A model generated the notes under the pieces. It ran no database searches. It had not been told where the DNA came from and worked only from the letters and a program-made list of their open reading frames with translations. This document shows positions 1 through 9,263 of a stretch of DNA of 32,000 nt, piece after piece. Source of the DNA: Aeromonas phage LAh_6; the sequence record NC_048774.1, one strand, 5' to 3'. Positions within the stretch are counted from its first letter, which is position 1. Every line of letters begins with the position of its first letter. A program made the translations under genes and the position numbers.

Positions 1-2
1 CC

Positions 3-1274
3 CAAGCCACTAAGCCTCCTAAACAAATGGAGAGTGGTTTACAAGAAGATCCACAAATTACTTACTTGAAGGAAAAAACAAGTAATAAAATGTCTGGTAC
101 TGGTGACAGGGTAACAGGTCTAGAAGAAGCCCCACCTGAATTACCCCCTGCACAACAGTTTGCACAGCAACTTGACGACTGGGGTACACAGGTTTCTTTT
201 GACCAAACAAAAGTCCCAACTTGGCATGATAGTGATGCTTTTAGCTACTCTCTTATAAACTTTGGATTAAACCTTCTCTCTGGGAATGATCTAGCTACAT
301 CTTTTAATTTAGCTGGAAGAACTTTTACAGATATGTATGGCAAAGAGAAAAGAGAAGCGTGGGCAGAAGATCTTCGAAAACAGGGTTATAGTGATGCTGA
401 AATTCAGCAATGGATTCAAACCGGTAATGCAAAAGACTTGACAGATCCAATGGAGAAGAAGATGAAGCTTCAGCAATTTAACCTTGCTCAGGCTCAACTT
501 GATCAAGCATTGTATGAGTCTAGTCCTGAAATGCGTGAATATGCACGTAAACGTCAAGCTTATGATGACAAGATTGCATCGGATGATCGTCGATTCGAAA
601 GAGATTATAAGATGGAACAACTTGGGCTGGATAAGGCTAGGTTGGGTATCTCTCAGCAAGAGCTAGAACTTCGTAAAGGCGAACTTGCCTCTAAAAGAGC
701 TGTTGCTGGTCAGAAGTATACAGAAGGGTTGGAGAAGGCTAGAAACCACTATCTACGTGCACAGCAAGGTCTTCAAAACTACGAAACAGTTATGCAAGAT
801 ATGCCACAGAATTTGTATGCACCTAAAGGTGTCTCTACATGGGTTCCAGGTGGTGAGACAGCTGCAAGATTTGAAAACGCCGCTGTTACTAAACTTGCTG
901 CATCTGGTGATCCAATGCAAATTGAAATGGCAAGAACCATGGATCCAGATTTAACAACTGCCGTAGTTTATGAGAAAGAGTGGTTAGCCCCTGTGATGCG
1001 TAAGGATTCCGGTGCTGCTGTATCCCATAGTGAATGGCTAAATATGGGTAACATTTACTTCCCACGCCCAACAGATACACCTCAACAACAAGATATGAAG
1101 CGTCAAGCTCGTGAAGTTGTTACTATTTCTATGAACCCTGATTCATCAGATCAAATAAGACAAGCTGTACAAATGTACTCTTCAGGTGCTTTGAAGGGTC
1201 TGAGAATGGTTAAGGGTCAGGCATACGCGAACGACGGAACAGGTTGGTTCCCTGTGCCAATGTTTAAGGAGTAA
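3..1274 (+). CDS. hypothetical virion-module protein, probably 5'-truncated by the window edge
   Basis: The frame is open from base 3. There is no stop before the first ATG at 27 and no Shine-Dalgarno in front of that ATG. It ends 2 nt before the next gene. No family recognised. Confidence 0.55.
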   Translation, partial: QATKPPKQMESGLQEDPQITYLKEKTSNKMSGTGDRVTGLEEAPPELPPAQQFAQQLDDWGTQVSFDQTKVPTWHDSDAFSYSLINFGLNLLSGNDLATSFNLAGRTFTDMYGKEKREAWAEDLRKQGYSDAEIQQWIQTGNAKDLTDPMEKKMKLQQFNLAQAQLDQALYESSPEMREYARKRQAYDDKIASDDRRFERDYKMEQLGLDKARLGISQQELELRKGELASKRAVAGQKYTEGLEKARNHYLRAQQGLQNYETVMQDMPQNLYAPKGVSTWVPGGETAARFENAAVTKLAASGDPMQIEMARTMDPDLTTAVVYEKEWLAPVMRKDSGAAVSHSEWLNMGNIYFPRPTDTPQQQDMKRQAREVVTISMNPDSSDQIRQAVQMYSSGALKGLRMVKGQAYANDGTGWFPVPMFKE

Positions 1275-1276
1275 TT

Positions 1277-4200
1277 ATGAACTATATTACAGATCCAGAC
1301 TTACTGAAAGAATTGAACAGGGGGTATGAGCCCCCTGCTTCACCTACAGCTAATCCCACTGATTCAGCTGGAGAGGAAGACCAAGGTTGGTTCCTTGGTG
1401 AAGGTGGTTTAAGTGGAGTAGGAAGAGCTGCCGGTCAGAGGGTTTTATCTGGACTGGCACATATAGCGGCTACTTCTACAACAGATCCAGATGCATCTAA
1501 CTACTCTAAAAGAGTTGGTAGACAAGCCGCAAGAGAAGCCCTAGCAGAAGAGTCTAAACTGGGAACAGTTGGTAGATTCGCTGCTGCTGGTGCTCAGTAC
1601 GCCCCTGCTATCGGTGCTGGTATGGTTAACCCAATAGCTGGTGCTGGTATTGCATCTGGGATGTCTTATGGTGATATTCTGTCAGAACAAGATAGACTGC
1701 GTGGTGAATATGACCCCCAAAGCGCTAAACTAGGAGCTGCTGCTACCGGTGTTATTGACTTAGCGAGTGGTGGGTTAGGTTCAAAATTTGCTGGTCTCGC
1801 AAGAAGACCGGTTCAGAAAATCGCTGCTGAAGTTGTGGAAGATGCTGCATCATCAGCTGGTTCTCAGGTGGCCACTAACTTAGCTGCTGGTAAAGATTGG
1901 CAAGAAGGTTACGCAGAAGCCCTACTTGGTGGTGCAGCTTTTGGTCAAGGTCTACGCGGATTAAATAGGGCTGGTCAGTATGTTGTTAACAAGGCTGGTG
2001 AAAAAGCTATCAAGGATACTGTTAAGATCCAAAGTGATCATAAAGTAAACTTAGATCCAACTTTTGCTGATAACTTTACTGAATACTCTAATGCTGCTGA
2101 AGCATTAAAACAGAAGGCTCGTGAAGCAGTCACCCCTGATGAAAGAGCAGAATCAATTTCTGCATTCACAAACCTGTCTGCAAAGAATGCTGGTGAAGCA
2201 GCTAAGATGAATGCTTACATTCTTGCAACAGATAATAACATTGGTTTAACAGATGCAGCTTTTAATTACAATTACACAAGCGACTTGGGAAGAACTGGTG
2301 CTAAGAAATTTGCTGGTATGGATTTCAACCTATCCCCAGAAGCTGTTGGAAAAACTGCTGCACTGAACGAAGAGGCCAGACCATCTGTATTACGTAATCA
2401 AAAAGCTAAAGTTGCTGGTGAAACTAGAGAATCCCATTTTAAACAAATTCAAGAAAAAGGTACAGAGACTCTAAATAAAGTTCTTGGTAACTTTCATGCT
2501 AATCAAACATCTATTGACAACCGCATAGATGAGCTTGTTGGGCAGAAAAAATTGGATCCATGGTCAGTGTCTGATGACACTCTTACTAAATATGAAGATT
2601 TGTCAAGTACGTTATCCAACCTTTCGACACTCTCTAACAGCTACCTGGCTGGTAAAGATGTATCTTCTAAAATTGAACGTCAATCTAGACGCGCTATGGA
2701 GTTGGCTACTGAACTTGGTGAAATTGATAATTTAAAAGGCTTTGATGGAAAACCTGGTTCATTCAACCCAATTATGGATGTTATGACAGCTTCTCATTTA
2801 GAGAAAATGCTTACGTCTGAATACCCTGCATTCCACCACGGTGTTCCACAAGTATCTCGTGAGAAGGCTGGTGTACAACCCTCTGGGGCCCAGGGTGCTC
2901 TTGGTCTTGGTACAATGATTCTAGCCCCAGCAGCAATGCCATTTGTTGCAACTCGCGCTCTTGTAAGACGTGGTGCAGAACTCGCTGGAGCTACTAAATC
3001 ACAAAGACGTATCAGAAAAGCTAAAGAAACAACTGCTAAACGTGGTGCTGAAATTGCTGAATTTGCAAGACAAATACAGGCTAAACAACCCACAGTTAAG
3101 GAATCAGCTGTTGATGAAGCTATTGTACGCGGTGATCCAGAAGTCGCTGCTAGAGCTTCTGAAAGTGCCTTAGCGGATGAGGGGATAATTGTTCCAGAAC
3201 CTTCTATTAAGAGGGTTACTCCTGAGGAAAACGAAAGACTTTGGAGAGAGGCCGGAATTGCAAGACAACCTGCAAGGATTGAACCAACAATTGAACCTAC
3301 ACCAGAACCAATTGCCGAGCCAACTAAAGCTCCAACAATTTCACCAGAAGTTATGGCTAAACCTCGTAAAGAAACTGGTAAGGAAAGACGTAAACGTGAA
3401 CGCTATGAAAGAAGGGCTGCACGTGAAGTTCAAGCTGCTCCAGAGGCTGTAGTTGAAACTCCTCCAGTAAAACGAGCTGTAGATACAGCAGCTGCTAGAA
3501 AACCAACTAAACCTGTTTCTGAAGCCCCTACTGAAGTGGTTGATGAAATTACTACGGTGACAAAGAAAGCCCCTGATCAAAGAGCTGCTCGTAAACCAAC
3601 CAAACCTGCACCTGTTGAAGAAGTTCCTATTATTAAAGAGGAACCAGTTGTAACACCAGAACCAACTCCAGAAGTTGCACCTCGTCGTGAGGTTGACCTA
3701 GAGATGGCTAAGGCTAAGAAAACTGCACCAGTTAAGGAAGAAGTTGTTGAACCTGTAGAAGAGCCGACAGTTACTGAAAGTCGAGTAAAAGCTGAGGATG
3801 TTTCCAGAGCTCCTAGAAAGCCTGTGGCTGAAGAGGTTGTAGAACCTGAGCCAACACCTAGGGTTGAGGAAGAAACAGCTCCAGAAGCTACTCCAGAGCG
3901 TAAATTCGTTGATTTGGTTACTAAACCAATGAGAGCAAGAATTGAAGAGCTTGAAAAGACTCCATCAGGGAAACTTGACCGGAGATTAGCAACAGAACTT
4001 GGATCACTCCGTGAAAAAGAGAGAACTATAAACAGAACTCTTGAAGATGTTGCTCGTGAGGAGAAGGTTAGTCAGGATGTTGTTGCTCGTCACCTACATG
4101 ACGCAGGTGGTCTTGAATCACTTGGGCCTAAATTCAAAGCTGAATTAAAAGCTTCGATCAAGGCTGAAAAATCTCGGATTACTCAGGAAGCTCGTCAAAA

Positions 4201-5617
4201 AGCTAAAGATCTTAAAGCGAAATTAGCTGAAGAATCTAGGGCTCGTAGGGAGGAGAAAAAAGCTCAAGCTCAGAACGAGGTTGAAGCTGAGAAGGCTCGT
4301 AAAAAGGCTGAAATTGAAGCAGAGTCTGCCAAGAAAGATCTTGAGAAAGCTAAAGCTACTACAGGTTTTTCAACTATGGCACAGGCTAAGGAAACTTTAA
4401 CAGATTTGGCTGGTAAAAATGCTCCAGAAGATGTCAAGAAGATTATTGATAACTTCACAAGAGAAGTTACTGGTTCTGATAAAGGGCCCACCGTTGCTCA
4501 GATGAGATCTACAATTAACAAGATTATAGAACTTACTGAGAAAGCCAAGAAGGCTGAGATTGACCTTGCTAAAGCTGAGAAGAAGCGTTATGAAGAGTGG
4601 CTAGAGAAAGGACAAGCTGATTTCACAGTTGATGAGGCTGCTTATAAAGCTCGTAAAGATCAACTTCAACAAAGATTGAAGAAGAATTTGGAGCAAGCTA
4701 AACGAGACAAAGGGCCTAGAACCCTTGTTCAAAAAGAAATCGAAAGAATTCAAAAAGAACATAACAAAGAGGTTAAGCGTCTCGACGAATGGCTTAAAAG
4801 AGGTAGTCTTGATAGAACTGTTCAAGAAGCAGAGTTCAAACAAAAGGCTGCTGAAATCAAACAGAAGCTTCAAGATTACGACAAACGGATTGAGGCTAAT
4901 AAGAAGTACGCTGAGAAAGTTGATAAAACTGACCGCGTAATAGCTAATGCATCTGAAAAAGTCAGAATCACCTCAGAGGCTGCTAAACCTTCTCAGAAGG
5001 CACCTGAATCTAAGCCTAAGGAAGATATCAAGGAAGAGGTTAAACGTGCTGAGGAAGCCACTCAGAAGGAATTTGACAAGGCTACAGAAGAAGAGTTGAG
5101 AGAAGTTGCTAAACACTACTCATCTGAGTATCTGGATAGTGACATGTCACCTGACGACCTTGCTCAAACAGCTGGTATTATGAAAGGTATCTCCAAAGAG
5201 ACATCTGATGATAAAGTCAAAGCTGTTACAACTGAGTTGTCAAAACTCTTTGAAGAAGCTGCCATAAGAAAAGCTGAGTTCCCAGATAATCCAGAAACTT
5301 GGATAACATCTGACATGTTTAATAGGGTTAAAGCTGAGAGATTTGGTGATGCAGATCAATCTTGGGTAGGTTCCTTAGCTCAGAATCTTACTAAGTCAAT
5401 CATGGGGAAAGGTGTTCAACCTAACAAATTGAAGACTGAATCTGAAGTTAAGAAATTGATTGCAGATAAGGAGAGATTTGAGAACATGTCTCCAGAAGAG
5501 AAGGCTAGTCTGAAGTCGAAGACCAAAGCTAGTGGTGCTCTTGCAGGGAAAGCTAGAGCGAAGGGCATTAGTCAAGCACCTAAGAAAAAAGGACGCTTGA
5601 TTGAATTTGTTGGATAA
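1277..5617 (+). CDS. giant (1446 aa) virion-associated protein (internal/ejection or tape-measure-like); function not assignable
   Basis: Strong SD (AAGGAG, then 5 nt, then ATG). Gly/Ala-rich hydrophobic N-terminal third. A P/E/V/T/A-rich disordered segment (about aa 640-890) carries a duplicated AARKPTKP. A K/E/A-rich coiled-coil-like segment spans about aa 890-1290. All nested track ORFs are low-complexity artefacts. Confidence 0.6.
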   Translation: MNYITDPDLLKELNRGYEPPASPTANPTDSAGEEDQGWFLGEGGLSGVGRAAGQRVLSGLAHIAATSTTDPDASNYSKRVGRQAAREALAEESKLGTVGRFAAAGAQYAPAIGAGMVNPIAGAGIASGMSYGDILSEQDRLRGEYDPQSAKLGAAATGVIDLASGGLGSKFAGLARRPVQKIAAEVVEDAASSAGSQVATNLAAGKDWQEGYAEALLGGAAFGQGLRGLNRAGQYVVNKAGEKAIKDTVKIQSDHKVNLDPTFADNFTEYSNAAEALKQKAREAVTPDERAESISAFTNLSAKNAGEAAKMNAYILATDNNIGLTDAAFNYNYTSDLGRTGAKKFAGMDFNLSPEAVGKTAALNEEARPSVLRNQKAKVAGETRESHFKQIQEKGTETLNKVLGNFHANQTSIDNRIDELVGQKKLDPWSVSDDTLTKYEDLSSTLSNLSTLSNSYLAGKDVSSKIERQSRRAMELATELGEIDNLKGFDGKPGSFNPIMDVMTASHLEKMLTSEYPAFHHGVPQVSREKAGVQPSGAQGALGLGTMILAPAAMPFVATRALVRRGAELAGATKSQRRIRKAKETTAKRGAEIAEFARQIQAKQPTVKESAVDEAIVRGDPEVAARASESALADEGIIVPEPSIKRVTPEENERLWREAGIARQPARIEPTIEPTPEPIAEPTKAPTISPEVMAKPRKETGKERRKRERYERRAAREVQAAPEAVVETPPVKRAVDTAAARKPTKPVSEAPTEVVDEITTVTKKAPDQRAARKPTKPAPVEEVPIIKEEPVVTPEPTPEVAPRREVDLEMAKAKKTAPVKEEVVEPVEEPTVTESRVKAEDVSRAPRKPVAEEVVEPEPTPRVEEETAPEATPERKFVDLVTKPMRARIEELEKTPSGKLDRRLATELGSLREKERTINRTLEDVAREEKVSQDVVARHLHDAGGLESLGPKFKAELKASIKAEKSRITQEARQKAKDLKAKLAEESRARREEKKAQAQNEVEAEKARKKAEIEAESAKKDLEKAKATTGFSTMAQAKETLTDLAGKNAPEDVKKIIDNFTREVTGSDKGPTVAQMRSTINKIIELTEKAKKAEIDLAKAEKKRYEEWLEKGQADFTVDEAAYKARKDQLQQRLKKNLEQAKRDKGPRTLVQKEIERIQKEHNKEVKRLDEWLKRGSLDRTVQEAEFKQKAAEIKQKLQDYDKRIEANKKYAEKVDKTDRVIANASEKVRITSEAAKPSQKAPESKPKEDIKEEVKRAEEATQKEFDKATEEELREVAKHYSSEYLDSDMSPDDLAQTAGIMKGISKETSDDKVKAVTTELSKLFEEAAIRKAEFPDNPETWITSDMFNRVKAERFGDADQSWVGSLAQNLTKSIMGKGVQPNKLKTESEVKKLIADKERFENMSPEEKASLKSKTKASGALAGKARAKGISQAPKKKGRLIEFVG

Positions 5618-5619
5618 AA

Positions 5620-5656
5620 TAAAAGGGGCTGGTGTAAAAACCGCCCCTTCTTTTAT
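5620..5656. terminator. bidirectional rho-independent terminator between the convergent arms
   Basis: The AAGGGGC...GCCCCTT hairpin is flanked by TTTTATTTTA on the minus side and CTTTTATTTAT on the plus side. It lies exactly between the stop at 5617 (+) and the stop at 5657 (-). Confidence 0.75.
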
Positions 5657-6082
5657 TTATAGTAAGTCAATTGTAAAACTATCAGAAACCCAGTGACGGA
5701 ACCCATTCTTGGTAGCCCATTCTTCTTGGGTTTGATAAGTACCATCTTTCCTTCGTTTAGCAAATGGGAACTTTGTTCCACTCTTTTGCCACACAAAGAC
5801 AAGTTCTGTGTCACTGTCTAGCACTTCACGGATAAAGAGGTATTTTCTAGCCTCTGAGTTATCTGTAAACCTTCCTTTTGTTTCTATAAGAAATGTCTTT
5901 CCATTACTCTCATATACAAAATCAGGCTCATAAGTGTGAGACACCGTATAACCTATTCTATCACTTTTTTCATGGAACCTTGCATCTTTAAGCACGGTCT
6001 CATGTAAAGTTTTTTCTAGTAACGAATCATATCCAGTGCCTTTTAATATATCTTCCTTTTTAGGTCTATATCTTTTTCTCAT
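5657..6082 (-). CDS. T7 gp3-type endonuclease I (Holliday junction resolvase)
   Basis: HTYEPDF...FLIETKGRF...RKYLFIRE aligns by eye with T7 endonuclease I (HTYTPDF...FVETKGLW...KKHLLIRE). Confidence 0.7.
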   Translation of the reverse strand: MRKRYRPKKEDILKGTGYDSLLEKTLHETVLKDARFHEKSDRIGYTVSHTYEPDFVYESNGKTFLIETKGRFTDNSEARKYLFIREVLDSDTELVFVWQKSGTKFPFAKRRKDGTYQTQEEWATKNGFRHWVSDSFTIDLL

Positions 6083-6085
6083 AAT

Positions 6086-6259
6086 TTACCATTTACGGTA
6101 TTTAGATACAGATTTGGAATTATGAGTATTGACACCATCCTCAATACACTGCCAATTAGACTTAATCTCTTTTCTTGAAACTCGAGTTCTACTCAGTTCT
6201 TCTACAGTGTCAAACTCTTCAGGACTCATGTTCATAACATCTTTAATATTCACTTTCAT
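6086..6259 (-). CDS. hypothetical 57-aa protein (not in ORF track)
   Basis: Hand translation gives MKVNIKDVMNMSPEEFDTVEELSRTRVSRKEIKSNWQCIEDGVNTHNSKSVSKYRKW. GAGG sits 6 nt upstream of the ATG. It fills the gap upstream of endonuclease I. The antisense track ORF 6129..6317 has no SD. Confidence 0.5.
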   Translation of the reverse strand: MKVNIKDVMNMSPEEFDTVEELSRTRVSRKEIKSNWQCIEDGVNTHNSKSVSKYRKW

Positions 6260-6281
6260 AAAAACCTCATATATAAAAGAA

Positions 6282-6330
6282 GAAGGAGTAGAAAATAGAA
6301 AATTTAGGAATTTCTAAGGACTACTCCTTA
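6282..6330 (-). terminator. possible terminator or large-loop hairpin downstream of the dNMP kinase gene
   Basis: A 9-10 bp stem AAGGAGTAG/CTACTCCTT encloses about 29 nt. On the minus strand it is followed by CTTCTTTTATATAT. The loop is atypically large. Confidence 0.3.
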
Positions 6331-6416
6331 TGTAGTCTATTTGAAAACAAGACCTTCCAGAAATAAAGATAAATATAGTTTGTAAGATTTTGAGATAAAA
6401 TGACTGTACTCACATG

Positions 6417-6995
6417 TTATAACACATAGCCTTGTTTTGTTAACACCTCAATAACAAGATCTGCCATTTGTTCAGGTTCACCAGGATGGTCAATCCAAAT
6501 AGTATTGTCAATGTTTTTTATCCAATTCCTGGAATCGTTGTCAAAATTTTTATTATCCCGTGTAAACTGGATACATACCAACCTTTCACCAAGAAGTTTT
6601 AGCATGTGTTCGGTCTCGCTGTCAAACCCCCCATCCGGTATCACCCAAGAGAATTCTTCTTCTCTAGAATACTCATAAAACTCTATCTGTTTAGACACTT
6701 GCTCCCCAAAATATGTGTCACCAAAGAACGGTTTGATATAGTTTTCACTGATATGAATCATCAACTCTCTCGGAGTTTTACCATTTAGCTCTGTATTTGG
6801 TGTGTCTTTCCAGCCAACAGTGTTGTATAAATCCATAAAATCTGAATAATCAATTCCTACAGTTTGGCAATACAGATGATACAGCGGAAGTTTAAAAGAG
6901 GTTTCACGCATTAGTGGAAAACGTTTCTTTAGAACATTTGCAAGAGTGTCTTTACCAGACTGAGGTGGGGCATTCAAAATAATAACTGGGTTCAT
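6417..6995 (-). CDS. deoxynucleoside monophosphate kinase (T4 gp1 / T5 Dnk-like)
   Basis: The N-terminal P-loop ILNAPPQSGKDTLAN matches the SGKDT signature of phage dNMP kinases. Confidence 0.55.
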   Translation of the reverse strand: MNPVIILNAPPQSGKDTLANVLKKRFPLMRETSFKLPLYHLYCQTVGIDYSDFMDLYNTVGWKDTPNTELNGKTPRELMIHISENYIKPFFGDTYFGEQVSKQIEFYEYSREEEFSWVIPDGGFDSETEHMLKLLGERLVCIQFTRDNKNFDNDSRNWIKNIDNTIWIDHPGEPEQMADLVIEVLTKQGYVL

Positions 6996-7567
6996 TAATT
7001 AGAATCCTTATTAGTGGATAGGGTGGAGACAATATTGTCCCATTCGTAAAAACCTTCACCATCTGTTAAATCTAGGCATACTCCATATACATATTGATTA
7101 ATACCCAGGCTCCGACGGTCACCAGTTTCAGTGATCCCATCAACCCTGCGAATATCCTCAAAGTGTGGGTATACTTTTCTATTTTGATGTTGTAACATCT
7201 CTCCATACAAAACCTCTACAGCCTCAGCGGGAGATAGGTCATTGTCATCCAAGATTCTTAAAACCTGCTCTGCAACATCCTTCATTCCCTTGATTTGACC
7301 AAGCTCTACCATTGTACCGCAAGCTTCCGGTAGTGGCTCAATTACCACAGTATCAGCCCAGAACAGTGCATCTGTATCCTGTTTTACAATCTTCTCTGCT
7401 AGTTTGTTATCCTTTGAATTAGCTTTCTTATCATTTATTGCTTTATTTTCCTGAGGGACATAAAATTGTAACTCTGGATTTGCCACTTCCAGTTCATAAC
7501 GTTCATGCATTCGTTGCAACTGTGCACCACGAGTTAACATATGGCCTGCTACATAAAGTCTAGTCAT
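6995..7567 (-). CDS. nucleoside 2-deoxyribosyltransferase-like / DNPH1(Rcl)-like protein
   Basis: The N-terminus LYVAGHMLTRGAQL resembles YFAGPLFS. The later motif CGTMVELG resembles the D-x-GT-x-x-E-x-G catalytic Glu region. Confidence 0.45.
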   Translation of the reverse strand: MTRLYVAGHMLTRGAQLQRMHERYELEVANPELQFYVPQENKAINDKKANSKDNKLAEKIVKQDTDALFWADTVVIEPLPEACGTMVELGQIKGMKDVAEQVLRILDDNDLSPAEAVEVLYGEMLQHQNRKVYPHFEDIRRVDGITETGDRRSLGINQYVYGVCLDLTDGEGFYEWDNIVSTLSTNKDSN

Positions 7568-7745
7568 TCATAATCTCCACTGATTCATTATTAGCCCTAC
7601 GGTTTAGTTCTTTTTCATACCTAGTCAGTTGACCAGATGTTGGAAACTTTTCCCGAAGGTGGTTCACAATTTTCACAATTTCTTCAGAGTCCATTTCCCA
7701 AAGTATCAGAATCTTTGGGAGTTTCTTTCTCGGCTTTCTCGCCAT
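7560..7745 (-). CDS. hypothetical small protein (start uncertain: 7745 or 7694)
   Basis: Track ORF. Its 3' end overlaps the start of the next gene by 8 nt. Its 5' end overlaps the tail of DUF4326. Confidence 0.4.
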   Translation of the reverse strand: MARKPRKKLPKILILWEMDSEEIVKIVNHLREKFPTSGQLTRYEKELNRRANNESVEIMND

Positions 7746-8049
7746 CGGTACTACCTTTTTGAGTTTTAGCCCACTCTATAGCTTTCAGAATAACATCACC
7801 ATGGCACGGTTTAGGTTTACAAAAACACCCCAAAGACTTACCATCTAATGAGATTAAATCTTCTATTGTTATTTCACCTTTTTTAATTTGTGACCACAGG
7901 TGTTTTTTATACATGTTTATCACTCTAAAAGGTGGTTCACCTTTTTCAGATCTAAAAGGGTTGCACCACTTGTTTCTTGGTTCACCCCATTTAGACCTTC
8001 CTATGTAAACATCGTAGGGCTCTTTATATAAGTTTACAACTTTAGCCAT
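7684..8049 (-). CDS. DUF4326 domain protein
   Basis: The pattern VVNLYKEPYDVYIGR...WCNPF...GCFCKPKPCHGDVIL is the recognisable DUF4326 signature. Confidence 0.6.
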   Translation of the reverse strand: MAKVVNLYKEPYDVYIGRSKWGEPRNKWCNPFRSEKGEPPFRVINMYKKHLWSQIKKGEITIEDLISLDGKSLGCFCKPKPCHGDVILKAIEWAKTQKGSTDGEKAEKETPKDSDTLGNGL

Positions 8050-8279
8050 TACATAACCCCAAGAAACTCCTTGACCTTATGGATATTTGCACCAGAGATT
8101 TTTTCACCATCTTCTTTTACTAGGGTTGGAATTCCCCGAATACCCAGTTTAGATGCAGCTTCCATGCCAGCTTCTGAGTCGATATCTACATACTCGACGT
8201 TTGCATATTGCTCTACTATAGGTTTAATGTTTTTGCAGTTTACACACCAAGCAGCTGTGAAGAATTTTACACTAATCAT
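8049..8279 (-). CDS. thioredoxin-fold redoxin (thioredoxin/NrdH-like)
   Basis: Active-site WCVNC followed by GIRGIPTL (cis-Pro loop). It is 76 aa and sits near the RNR genes. Confidence 0.65.
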   Translation of the reverse strand: MISVKFFTAAWCVNCKNIKPIVEQYANVEYVDIDSEAGMEAASKLGIRGIPTLVKEDGEKISGANIHKVKEFLGVM

Positions 8280-8796
8280 AAGAGAACTCCTTTAGGAAAT
8301 TATTTGAAATTGTGTCAATTTTTGGTGTTGACCAATTGGGTGTATTTGGGTTGAAGAGGATAAACATTGAACCACGGGGGTTAGATCCAACGGGTTCTTG
8401 AGTATCTGCCCTGATAAACTTTATCCGTCCACCACTGATAATCAGGATGCGGGTATATTCGCTCTCCAAGGCTCTCTGGAACCATTTAGTGTCAATGTTG
8501 GATGGTACTAGCATGACAGTCACACAACCCCTCTCAACCTGTTCTATGGCCTTTTCTACCCAAGGGCCTATGTCACTGTAAGGCGGGTTGCACCAGTTTG
8601 TTTCTGCCCAATCCTTTGTCAACGCATCATCTGTTTCAGTGAAATATCTAGGACAAAGGTGATTGTAATCAGCTGCTGCCACATCCATTTCAAAGTCATA
8701 AATGTCATTCCAGTATTGGAAATAGGGTTGTGGCGTTTGCCATAAATTTTTAATATCCTCAGGGGTATTACTTTCGTAGGTGTACTCTTGTTTCAT
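8272..8796 (-). CDS. phage Dam-type DNA N6-adenine methyltransferase
   Basis: NPPY catalytic motif (WCNPPYSDIGPWVEKA). The size and layout fit the phage N6A methylase family. Confidence 0.65.
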   Translation of the reverse strand: MKQEYTYESNTPEDIKNLWQTPQPYFQYWNDIYDFEMDVAAADYNHLCPRYFTETDDALTKDWAETNWCNPPYSDIGPWVEKAIEQVERGCVTVMLVPSNIDTKWFQRALESEYTRILIISGGRIKFIRADTQEPVGSNPRGSMFILFNPNTPNWSTPKIDTISNNFLKEFSYD

Positions 8797-9263
8797 TAAA
8801 TATTCCTTGCAAACTCTAAGTGGTATTTATCTCTTGCCTCATTAGCAACCAATTCAGCAAATTCTAAATCGTCATGTAGTCCAAAACTGATCCTTCCAAA
8901 ATTAGTTCTTAGCTGTACGCACCATTTTTGTCGAGCTTTATGCCAATATACACATTTTACACCAGAGGTATTTGAGGTTTTTATTTTTGCATTTCTATTA
9001 TTCTCAGAGTACGTAGCCAGTCTGAGGTTATTTATACGGTTATCATCCCGTATACCATTAATGTGATCTACTGGTTTTTCAGGCCACTCATTATAATATA
9101 AGAACCACGCTAACCTGTGTAGTAGAATTTCCTTACCACCATATAAGGTTCTAAGGTATCCATTTGGGTATCTAGAGGTAAGTGGCTTGCCATTACGGCA
9201 AACCACACCAGTAGTAGGGTTATAAGAGAATGTCATATCAACCTTCACATGCAATACATTCAC
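8796..9263 (-). CDS. HNH homing endonuclease with AP2-like DNA-binding domain
   Basis: HINGIRDDNRINNLRLATYSENNRN is an HNH_3-type motif. SGVKCVYWHKARQKWCVQL is AP2-like. It overlaps the 3' end of nrdA by 26 nt. Confidence 0.7.
   Translation of the reverse strand: MNVLHVKVDMTFSYNPTTGVVCRNGKPLTSRYPNGYLRTLYGGKEILLHRLAWFLYYNEWPEKPVDHINGIRDDNRINNLRLATYSENNRNAKIKTSNTSGVKCVYWHKARQKWCVQLRTNFGRISFGLHDDLEFAELVANEARDKYHLEFARNI

Noticed and set aside
2529-4940. Nested ORFs on both strands inside the 1446-aa gene
   Set aside because: They are alternative-frame or antisense readings of a low-complexity K/E/P-rich gene, with no independent signals.
6129-6317. 62-aa plus-strand ORF (TTG start)
   Set aside because: It is antisense to a 57-aa minus-strand ORF that has a GAGG SD and fits the operon. 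The plus ORF has no SD and would run against all neighbouring transcription.
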